From positions 92,132,001 through 92,196,000 of the forward strand of contig OX597815.1 in assembly GCA_951406725.2 (NCBI GenBank): a stretch of 64,000 nucleotides of DNA, written 5' to 3'. The position numbers were made by a program, and so were the translations under genes. This DNA comes from Octopus vulgaris. Taxonomy: Eukaryota. Of this stretch, positions 27,394-39,500 are shown one piece after another; the first letter of the stretch is position 1, and every line of letters starts with the position of its first letter. The notes beneath the pieces were generated by a model that was not told where the DNA came from, did not search any database, and saw nothing but the letters and a program-made list of their open reading frames with translations.

Positions 27394-30300
27394 CACCGTG
27401 AATCCTCTAGTATAGTCCACCCTTGAGTATAATATGCAGGGGATCGTTAGGGGGCTGTACCTCCGAAAAACCGAAACCATGTGTATAATACGCATCCTTT
27501 CTCTAACTTGAGTCAAACAAATACATCCGTGCATGCGTAATACAATAATGATGTTCTTAACTGTTACAAGGGAATGTAAATATGTTTGCAAATTGTTATT
27601 GTCACATGTTATTCCGTGTTCTGAATACTTTTATTTTAATAAATGTTGCTTACTGCAAGTTATGGCTGATTCTTTAATGACTTCATTGCTTTCAGGCTTA
27701 ACTTAAGGTATTTTCGCGCCCAACATCAGAAAATGCGTTGAAATAAACATTGCTTGACAGCAAATAGAGACTTGGATATTCCTTAGAAAATATTTCTCAT
27801 TTTTAACCTCATACATAGTACACACTAGGGATTTTGACTTTTAAATTTTGGGGAAACAATGCGGATTATACTCATTATATTCAACCACTGTTGAATGAGC
27901 CACACTAGTATGTGAAACCACCTCTGATACGTGGCACTTGGTCAACAAAGGAGTTCGACGCCGCTGCCTGCATCTGAGTTTCCTGCTGAGAGGTAGGTTC
28001 ATCTGAAACCCCTGACAACAAGAGATCCAGTTTAGTTTTAAAGAAACCCACATCAACACTATGCAGGTCTCGCAAGCATTTGGGAAGGATATTGAAGAGC
28101 TGTTGTCCCCTGAAACCCAAGATTTCAATCTATTTGAAAACTAGAATTCATGAAACACCTTCCTTTACACTATTGTTCCCTTTTTTTTTTTATTCACTTC
28201 ATCTCTTTCAAAATATTTAGAATTATATATTATTTTTCGTTTCCCTAACCATTCCATTACCTACTCCCACTGTCTTCATGTCTACCTCTTCCTCTCTCCT
28301 CCCTTTATCTCTCTTTACGCCTACTCTCTCCCTCTCTTTTGCATATCTTACTCTTTTCTCATCTCTCTCCCTCCCTTTCATATCCTCCTCTTTCCTTTCC
28401 TTTGCATCTCACAACATCTACCTCCTGTCACCTCACCCTCTCCCTCATATACTTCTCACTCTGTTTCTCCCTCTCTCTCACATCCTTCATTCTTTCCTGT
28501 ATCTCTTTCTCTCCCTGGAGATTGAAAAAAGGCTGCAACAATCCTATGTGAGGGAGAAAGCAGACAAAGAAGCCTGGGTTATAAAAAACAAGTCAAACCC
28601 AAAGGCCTTCTTTCATTACGAGAAAGAAACAGCCTCTGTACACTACAAGATAGGACCCCTCCTCCAAAAAGATGGCTCCTTCACAGATAGCCCAACTAAG
28701 ATTAGTGAGATACTGAATGACCAGTTCAAAAGTGTCTTTACCACCCAGTTGGAACACAGACAAGTGAACGAACCAGTGGACTTCTTTGCCGCATCACCTA
28801 TAACCATCGAGGAAGTTACAATGGAATACATTGACATTAGCGAGGAAGATATACTACTAGCCATAGATGAGGTGGACACAAACTCAACTGCTGGTCCTGA
28901 TGGTTTCCTCAGCAATCCTCCTTAACTCATGTAAGCATGCCCTGGCAAAACCCCTCCAGATTCTCTTCCAGAGCTTTCTTACAAATGGCAAACTGCCAAG
29001 CAAACTGAAGGAGGGAATAATATGCTCAATACATAAAGGGGGAAGTAGAGCAGATGCCAAAAACTATAGGCCTATCTCTCTGACTTCACACATCAGCAAG
29101 GTCATGGAACGGATAGTCAGAGGGAAATTCATCACATTCCTTGAAGAAAATAACTTGCTGAGTGATACACAGCATGGTTTTCGACCAGGTAGGAGCTGTC
29201 TGACCAAGCTCTTACAACATTATGACTGGGTTTTGAGGCAGTTACTCAACAAATCAAATGTGGATGTAATATACCTTGATTTTGCAAAAGCGTTTGACAA
29301 GGTGGATCATGGTTTGATATGTCACAAACTGCGTGATCTTGGCATAGCTGGAAAACTTGGAGAGTGGTTACATGACTTCCTGAAAGATAGGAGTCAGGCA
29401 GTAGTGGCTAATGGAGCCACCTCTATGAACACACAAATAGTGAGCGGTATTCCACAGGGCACTGTCTTGGGACCACTACTTTTTATAGTGGCCCTCTCAG
29501 ATATGCCCTCAAATGCCCGGATAGCCACCCTTGCAAGTTATGCAGATATGAAAGTCTCACAGAAAATACAGAACCCCAGCGCTGTTGCACACCTGCAGCA
29601 TGAGTTGGACTCAATTTACAGATGAGCTGAGGATAATAATATGCAGTTTAATGCTGAAAAATACCAAGCCCTGTGCTACCAGCATCCAAAACTGAATATG
29701 AAACCTACAGGGTACACCGGTCCACAGGGAATTTCAATCCAAGAGCCCAAGTCAGTGAGGGACCTGGGTATTAACATGAGTGATGATACCTCTTTCCAAG
29801 TGCACATTACCAGGATGGCGACAAAGTGCAGATGACTGGCTGGATGGATCCTAAGAACATTCAGAACCAGAGATAAGGAAACCATGATGGTCCTCTGATG
29901 GACATTCGTCCTCAACCGCCTGGATTACTGCTCACAGCTATGGTCACCCACCAGTGTGAAATTAACAGCAGACCTTGAAGCAATTCAGAGAAGATTCACA
30001 AAGAAGACCGTCTCTTTGAAACAGCTCAGCTACTGGGAAAGGTTGGAACAGTTAAGACTACTCCCTGGAGAGAAGACGGGAGAGGTATGCAGTAATATAT
30101 ATCTGAAAGATTCTGGAAGGAATTGTGCCAAATTTTGGCATTGAAAGCCACACCAATGCCAGGACAGGACGACACTACATAGTGCCAAAGATCCTAGCAA
30201 TGCCATCACGCTTCAGGACCAGTTACTGCAACAGCCTGGGTTTCAAGGGCCCACAGCTTTTTAATATTCTCCCAAAGAGTCTGAGAAACTTGCACAAAGT

Positions 30301-30523
30301 AGATGTTGGGGTTTTTAAATCAAAACTGGACTTCTTCCTGTCGAGAGTCCCAGATGAACCTACCTCACGGCAAGAGGTGCAAATGAGGGTAGCTATATCA
30401 AACTCCATGCTTCACTAAGTGCCTCATATTAGAGGAGGGTCTTAGTAATAACAGTGTAGCAAAACGGCAGTGCATCAGCATGGCCACAGCTCTGAGCTGA
30501 AACTAGAGAGAGAAAAAACAATG

Positions 30524-30573
<50 letters not shown>

Positions 30574-33500
30574 CAGGAGTGGCTGTGTGGTAAGTAGCTT
30601 GCTAACCAACCACATGGTTCCGGGTTCAGTCCCACTGCGTGGCATCTTGGGCAAGTGTCTTCTGCTATAGCCTCGGGCCGACCAAAGCCTTGTGAGTGGA
30701 TTTGGTAGACGGAAACTGAAAGAAGCCTGTCGTATATATGTATGTATGACTGCGTTTGTCCCTCTAGCATTGCTTGACAACCGGTGCTGGTGTGTTTATG
30801 TCCCCGCCACTTAGCGGTTCGGCAAGAGAGACCGATAGAATAAGTACTGGGCTTACAAAGAATAAGTCCCGGGGTCGATATGCTCAACCAAAGGCGGTGC
30901 TCCAGCATGGCCGCAGTCCAAATGACTGAAACAAGTAAAAGAGTAATATATAACCCTATTATTGTAAGCAGCTGTATCCGTAAAAGATTTTATTTGCAGA
31001 GAGCAGAAATTAAAAGAAGACATATGAAATGGACTTGAATGTATGTGAGAGAGAAAGAGAGATAGAGCAAGTGAGTGAAGGTGTGTGTTGAGATGACTGA
31101 CGTCTTTCAAGGTACATGTACATACATAGAAAAAGATTATGTTAAATTTTTGAAATGCAAATATGTGAATGAAAATTTAGTTCAGACCTCTATATGGTAG
31201 CTAGACCTGGTAGAAATAGCAGCCAAATCTCCCTCAAAACACCCTACTGTCTTAATCCGACAATTCTACTTATGCAGTTTGAATGAGAAACTGTAACTAA
31301 AGATTAAGATTATTAACCCCACAAAGAGGTGAAAGAAGAGAGACAGCAAAGCCAAAGTTTTGAATGTCATCCTGTACTCCTCTTGTTGATAGTGAAATGG
31401 TATATGCTGTGAGCTAGTGAAATGGTATAGGCAGTGAGCTGGCAGAAACGTTACCATGCCGGCCGAAATGCTTAACGGTATTTTGTCTGTCTTTACGTTC
31501 TGAGTTCAAATTCCGCTGAGGTTGACTTTGCCTTTCATCCTTTCGGGGTCGATATAATCGACTTAATCCATTTGTCTCCTCTGTGTTTAGTCCCTTGTGG
31601 GTAGTAAAGAAATAGGTATTTCGTCTGCCGTTACGTTCAAATTCCACCGAAGTGGACTTTGCCTTTCATCTTTTCGGGGTCAATAAATTAAGTACCAGTT
31701 ACGCACTGGGGGCGATGTAATCGGCTTAATCCGTTTGTTTGTCCTCTCCGTGTTTAGCCCCTTGTGGGTAGTAAAGAAATAGGTATATGCTGGCTGTGTG
31801 AGCAACTGGTTATTTTAATGGTGGAACAAACAGGGGAATTCCATTAGAAAAAGTTTTAATCAATTTTCTCGGTAACTATGGGGGCTAGGAAAAAAATACA
31901 AACCACATTCCAATCTATGCACCTGTCTCCACATCCGTGCCATTTTTATGTGAAACCACCCAGCCATTTGGCTGTGAACCTCCAGACAAGAAAGATAATA
32001 ACGATTGCCCATGTCCAATTTATATTACAGATATATATATGTAAATGTAATATGTGACAAATATTCGGTAGCCATGATAAAACTCTGAGTTTTGGATACT
32101 GAGGTGGAAATCCACACCGCCATCTCTTCAGTTATGGCGGCGTGGATTTTCACCTCAGCATCTGAAACTTGGAGTTTTATTATGGCTACCAAATAATTGT
32201 CACATATTACACTTACAGACAAATTCCTCTATTTACATAATATCGAGGTCTCTTTCATTCTTTTGTTGTCTTAACATTTTTATCAATAGATATAAATACA
32301 GGCACATACACACATATATAAGTATATATATATATCATCATAGTATAACGTCCACTTTCCATGCTCGCATGGGTTGGACGGTTCAACTGGGGTCTGGGAA
32401 GCCAGGAGGCTGCATCAGGTCCAGTCTGATCTGGTAGTTTTTCTACAGCTGGATGCCCTTCCTAACACCAACCACTCCGTGAGTCTAGTGGGTGCTTTTT
32501 ATGTGCCAGGCAAGGCTGGCAATGGCCACGATTAGTTGGTGCTTTTTACGTGCCAGCGGCATGGAGGCCAGTCGAGGCAGTGCTGGCAACGGCCATGTTC
32601 GGATGGTTCTTTTACATGCCACCGGCACTGGTATCACAACTACAATTTCCATTGATTCTTGATCGATTTCGACTTCACTTGCCTCAACAGGTCTTCGCAA
32701 GCAGAGTTTTGTGTCCCAAGAAGGAAAGGTATGCATAAGTGGACTGGCTACATCTCAGGTAGAGACCACGGGTTATGGTCTCACTTGTCCTGCTGGGTCT
32801 TCTCACACACAGCATACTTCCAAAGGTCTCGGTCACTAGTCATTGCCTCGGTGAGACCTAATGTTCAAAGGTCATGCTGCACTGCCTCAACCCAGGTTTT
32901 CCTGGGACTACCTCTTCCACAGGTTCCCTCAACCGCTAGGATGCGGCACTTTTTCACACAACTATCTTCATCCATTCTTGCCACATGACCATACCAACGC
33001 AATCGTCTCTCTTGCACACAACTGATGCTTCTTAGATCCAACTTTTCTCTCAAGGTACTTACACTCTGTCGAGTATGAACACTGATATAATATATATATA
33101 TATATATATAAACACACACACATTTCATTAAATACATTATTGTGTTCAAGTTTTATCTTTTTGGTTTTGTAGGCTGACCATCAAAATTTGATAACAAATT
33201 TGCAGATTACTAATGCATAATGGTAATGGCTAAAAAAAGACCTTTGTTATGAAAGTCCTCATGAATTCTGTCAGTATATAAGAAACAAGACAAATGTCAA
33301 ATATATTAAATTCAATTCTTGATAATAACACTGTGAAAGTCTACAAGTGCCAGGTAAGGGTTTAGGAACCAACATTCCAAACCAACCATGAAAAGTTAAT
33401 AAAATATGAAACATATAACAAAAAATAAAGAAAAAAGAAAAACTCGAGTGAGCAAGATCTGCTGGTGGAGAGAAGTTATGTTTGCACACACGCTTAGTCT

Positions 33501-36500
33501 GAAGTATAGAGAACCCATGCATCAGCTAATTCTAAGTATTCATGTCAAAACAGAGACTAGCCTTAAGATAAACCCCATAAAGATGACTAAGTTTTGTCAT
33601 GATTGGAAACATATTTTGTTGCCCTTTTTCTGTATCCTTTTCTCTGTGCTACACTGCAATGAGATGACATTTAATCTGCCAGTACTTTATCTCTCCATCA
33701 ACTTGCATTATCAGATAAAATTTTTTATGGGGTGGGTGGGGGGAAGTACACAGCAAACAGAAAACATATTTACAAAGATTGTAACATACCCGGTAATTTG
33801 TTAATATCCAAACTTAGCTGCCTCTTTTCATCGTAAGTCATTGGCTTTGCATTGTCATCATCATCACTGTCATAAGAACCAGGGGTGGCTGGTTTACTTC
33901 GATTCTTCGAGCTGGAAGATCGATTACTAGTTCGCTTATTTTTACTTGATGGGGATTTTTGCTTTGATTTAGGTTTAGAAGATTTAGGTGGTTTAGGTTG
34001 TTGTTCAACAGGAGGTTGTTGTACTGGGGCAGGTGGGGGTTGTGGTGGGGGAATTTCAATGACTTTATCTTTTTCTTTTTCCTTCTCCTTTTCCTTTTCT
34101 TTGGCTTTCTTTTTCTTTTTGTTTTTCTTTTCTTTTCTTTCTTTCAAACATTCCTGTGTCAGAATCCCTAATTTTTCTTGTATATCTCGGACCTAAACAA
34201 AAAGTGAAAAACAAACCACAAACATTACATAAACAGCTTTCTCTTAACATTTTAATACCAATCATTCATTTACTCGACAAGTTGAAATACAATTATTACC
34301 TTATAAAAGATATTCCAAAAGATATTTTAATGAACAAGATGTAAATGCCCTTTATATAAAAGCAAGGCTAATCACTCATCCTTGCCCTAACAGCCATGAA
34401 CAAAATATGTTTAAGAATTTGAAACAATGACATATTGATGGAAATTAAGAACCACTCTTGAATATGGCTGAAATTCTTATATTGTATATACTGCTAGAAA
34501 ATTAATATATTATATTACACTTACAATCATGAATATGTTAACAAACGTTTTGCCACAGTCAGACTATACAGAAATGCTACTGATAAGTAAGCAAATTCAT
34601 TAAAGTTAATCAGTTATACTTACTTGTTCTTGTAACTGCCGGATCATTTTGTCTCTTTCACCTTCACTTTCATCCTCACTTTCACTGCTTGATGCCGATT
34701 CTGATGATGGGGCATCACTTGATGATACCTCTGTTTTAGGGTGTGTAGTGGGTGTTGGTGGCTCAGGAGTTGAAGGTGTTTCATCAGGCATCTTAGCATA
34801 TTTCATTTCAAACACATCCTGGAAATTATCAAATGTAATTATTTCCAGAACCCTTTTGAAAATATCAATATCTGAAAAACTGTAACAACTACAACCAACA
34901 TTTTCAGAAGCTCTTCAAGATAACTAGTTTATTTAATCATGCAACTTAGAAGGAATAATTTGATAGTCAGTATAAAATTTCAGTGTATGAAATACATTAT
35001 AGAATATACTGTTTAATGTCAAGAAAATTATTAACTTGTACCATTTATCTGTAAATTTCAAAAAATATTCACACTTAAGCCGTTCAGGTATAGCCACTAG
35101 CTACAATATTTTAACATTATTATTTCTTACAGTTAACAATGTACTTCAGAGCAAGTGCCTGTTACATTACTTTAAGTGTAGAACACATGATGTACACTAT
35201 GTAGTAATTTTTGTTTCATCTTGTTTTCATATATAGCTCAAAACACAGGTTGTTATACAATTTAAAATTTATACAAAGTTCCTACCTGTAATTTTTTAGC
35301 CATCATCACCACATCACTGTCTTGAGGATTATATCGGTAGCAATTTGTGAAAATAGTCCGTACTTCCTCAGCAAACTCAGCAGCTGATTTATATTCCCGA
35401 TTATCCATTTTTTGCTTAAAAGACAAACAAAATTTCATGACTATTCAGAGAAATAATTCGACTGTACATGTACAAAATATAATATTCTTATATATGAAGA
35501 AGTGGGAATGCCTTAATTAAATGACATAAGTCATTCAAATTGCACATGTTGGTAGAGTAACTTTTCTTCTATACTAGGCCAGTGGTTCTCAAACATTTTT
35601 TTACTTATAGACCCCTTTGTTTCCTATTTCATTTGGGTAGAACCTCATAGCCATTTAATGTTTAAAAAAAAACAAACATTTTTCAAATGAAATAATAGGA
35701 ATTGTAACAAAAAATTGTTATATTTTGTTTATTGTAGAAGTATAACCAATTCATTGCACATAAATTTTAACATTTTATATAGGCCCCAGTTGAGAATCAC
35801 TGTTTTAGGCAAATGTTTGGTTCCAAGCAGAAGCAATATACCCACCATTGAGTTCTTTACAATAGTGGGTTCAAGCTGTCCAACATCTATACAAGGCTTA
35901 CAGACTGTTCATGGAAAAGACAGCACTGACAAGAGTGATGTGCATAGATAGGTGAGGTTTAACTCTTTCACTACCAAGCCACCTAGAACTGCAAGAGATA
36001 ACCTCTTCATATCTAAATGAGGATTTCAGCTCAAATTTCATTAGTATATTTGTGAAAACATGATTTCCCTACAGAAACAACTGAGTCACAGTGTACGACA
36101 TTATAAAAAACACTAGTAGTACACCAGTATACAGAAAACAAACATTGCGCCCTTATTTAAAATAAGGCTCTCACTGTGTTCAAACATACAAAACCTTCCC
36201 ACAAACCTGAGACATGGCGAATGACATTTTAATTAATATTGTGAATTATTGCATGTATTTATGTATATACACAAGTTTATTTAATTTCACTGAAGGTGCA
36301 GCTATTTCATTTTGTAGCTTTCCTCAAAGATAAATTCCAGTATTTTGCTCTACTTTATCTTTATGATACAGAAGTTCAACTGAGAATCCAGTCATGTACA
36401 CAATTCTATAATAAAATTTTGTTGTTGACCTGAATATTAGCTAATAACTCATTTTCTATGCTGTTTAAACAAAACTGAACCCTTTAGCATTCAAACTGGC

Positions 36501-39500
36501 CATATACTGCCCAAATATTCTACCTGTTTTATGGTTAAACCAGCCAGATCTTACCTCTCACACCTCCCCTAAAATATCATTCTAAAATTAAACAGTGACA
36601 TCAGAATCTCAAAGCTATGAGATAATGCATGATTAATTCAAAACAATGTGAATAAGACAGTAATCTGACTGCCAAAAAGTTAAATATTTTTCTATTTTGT
36701 CGCATTTACCTGTAATTAGGTTTGTTTTGAGACAAAAATTATGCAATAGATAAATTTAAAAACATTTTGTTAAACTATGTCCTGAAAATCACAATATGTC
36801 GATAAATAAAAAAGGGTTGTTCTATGAAACCAATTTGAATTGATGATTATTTTAGAATTTAATTGAAACACATAATGGGTGTAATTTTAGAAATATAGTG
36901 AAAAAAGGGTTAAAGATGAAATTGGTATTTATGACAAACTATGCAATGGGAAACCAACTGCAAAATTGTGTGTGTGTGTAAAGAAAAACAATCTAAGCAA
37001 ATTTAAAATTCTTAAAACTGAACCTTAAAATCAAAGATAGATAAGATAAACCATAGATGTGTTTGTAATTCAAACTGTTCAAATTTATTAATGATAATAA
37101 ACATCTATGTAGCCAATAACTAAATTTCTCAAAAAGAAATGCAATTTCATTAATGATACATACCTTGATACTTCCAAGATCCATAGGTTTCTTTATAATA
37201 TCATGATAGTCATGGAGTCCTAACAGCTCAGCATCAACTGGTTTGTAAAAAGGCCAAGCATAACCCTACAAACAAATTTTAAATTATTTTATTCATCACT
37301 ATTTATATGGATTTTTTAAATACTTTTGCTTTTTTTTATTTTTTTATATGACAATGAGTTTTTAAGAAAATTTAAAACATGATCATATGCAAATATCCGC
37401 CTAAAGCTACAGAGAAAACAGCACACGGTACCACAGTGAGATAGCAATCCTACATACATTACATACACACAATATATATTATGCAGATACTATATGCCAC
37501 ATAAAAAGCAACATGATGGCACCAAGTAAAAGGCTCCCATACAGGTGCTATTTAAAAAGCACCCAGTATACTCAGTAAAGTAGTGGGCATTTAGCCACAG
37601 AAACTATGCCCAAACAGACAATTGGAGCCTGGTGTAGCTCCTGCCAAACCATGCCAGCATGGAAAACTAATGTTAAATGACGAGGATGCCAACAACAATT
37701 ATAAACACAATTACATTGGGCCACTTGTTTCCAGTTCACTATCTTCACTTATCCCTCTTGAAATGCCTGTCACTGTCTGCCAGCATGCTCTTACTGCTAT
37801 GGTATCATTCATTTTCAGCTTTAAAAGTGTATAGTTAATATAACATTTTACTCTGTTATAGGCAGCATTTATAATGAAGAAATGTATCTCAGAGTGATAA
37901 GATGAGAAGTTGCTTATAAAAGTAGTTCCAGCAATATGCAAATTTCACATAGTGTGGAAAAGTTTGATTTCAATGAAGTAATGCTATAAATAAAATTGGA
38001 TATCAATATTACGACATATAGCCCATATCAAAATGCAAACTAAAACAGTAAGTATTTACATTTATTTTATATAAGAAAAACTCCGAAAGTTTAGAAAATA
38101 TGCATTATTTACCGCATGCTTCTTGGCAAATAGTTCTTTAAGCAAAACATTGCAGTATTTCAACTGTTCTGAGAGTTTACCTTTTTTGTTTTTTGAGCTA
38201 TGTTGTGCCTAGGAAAAAAAAAAAAAGAAAAGAAAAAAAAGGAAGCATAGATTATAATGCAGCAAAAATCCATTCGTAGTTCTTTTGTATTAAACTGCCA
38301 GCAATAGGTCTACATTTACCACCATTCGCTCGATGTTCATATACTACATTATAGGTTTGCTTTCTTACAACATTAGGGTCATTACAATAGATCAGTTTCA
38401 CCCAGAAACAGGTTTTGGCATGCAAATTATCGTATGAGTATGATTAAAAAATTATACTAATAATCAAGAGGTATATTCAAATGTTAATAGTGTAAAAAAT
38501 AAATGGTATCAATACATTATAGAACAAGTGACAAATATAGTTTCTATTCTGACTGCTAACTCTAATCACATTTTTTATAGCTATAATTTTATGAGGATCT
38601 GTTTCTATGTGAAGATATGTACAGAAGGTACAGGTGTTCATACACACCTAACTACTTATGTGGCATGCAAATATGCTACACACCATAGGAAGTTTATCAA
38701 AGATGCTGAGGCATAATATGAAATAGGTTGTTGAAAGCAAAATATACTGAAAGGTTTTATATCTGCCATATTCTAAACCTACTATTTTTCTAGACATCTA
38801 ATTGTAGAAATTTAAAAAAAGTAAGTAATAAAATAACATTGAAAATATATACATTGTTCCATTTTCTTGCTAAGTTAACAAAAAACTATTTACTAACGAC
38901 CATTTGAAATAGATTCTTTATTTTATGAACAATTTCAATGAAACAAAGCAACACTAGATTAAACCAGAGACAATTTAAATGAAGAAGTGAAAAAAAAAGA
39001 AAAAGAAAAAATGAATGGAGAACAACTAATATAATAGAGTATTGAGAAAAGAAACTCCAACCAGTTATGAGATATCACAAAAGTTAGTTTTAATACATGC
39101 AATATTTCCAAAAGTAAAAGATAAATATTGCTTATGTGAAATGCACTTTAAAAATACTTAATATCATATGGACTATAAGCATGTAATTAAAATTTTCATG
39201 CACTATATTCAATTAATCAAGACATTTATCTGCCTCGTATAGTATTGCATTCACACATACATCTGGCATCTTATATGAAATAGGAAAATATACTTCATAC
39301 TTGCCAACCTTTGGAACAGATTTAGGAGATCTTGACTTATTTCGGAGGGAGATTGTTACATCTGGAGGGAGATTCTTGTACTCATGATTCTCAAGTAAAA
39401 GCATCTGAAAGTACACATGTTTATTAACTACAAGCAGAAGATCAGAAACTAAAGAAAACAAAGCAAAAAGGAAAAGAAAAAGTAACCTGTTTAAATACAA

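Noticed and set aside
28867-29625. 252-aa reverse transcriptase ORF as an active enzyme or retron-like system
   Set aside because: It is part of a truncated LINE with YADD lost and flanking stops and frameshifts.
31420-31785. Repeat-spacer appearance suggesting a CRISPR array
   Set aside because: It is a eukaryotic SINE with a tandem duplication; there are no unique spacers or cas genes.
33885-34885. Plus-strand ORFs overlapping BET exons
   Set aside because: They are antisense shadows of the real minus-strand coding exons.
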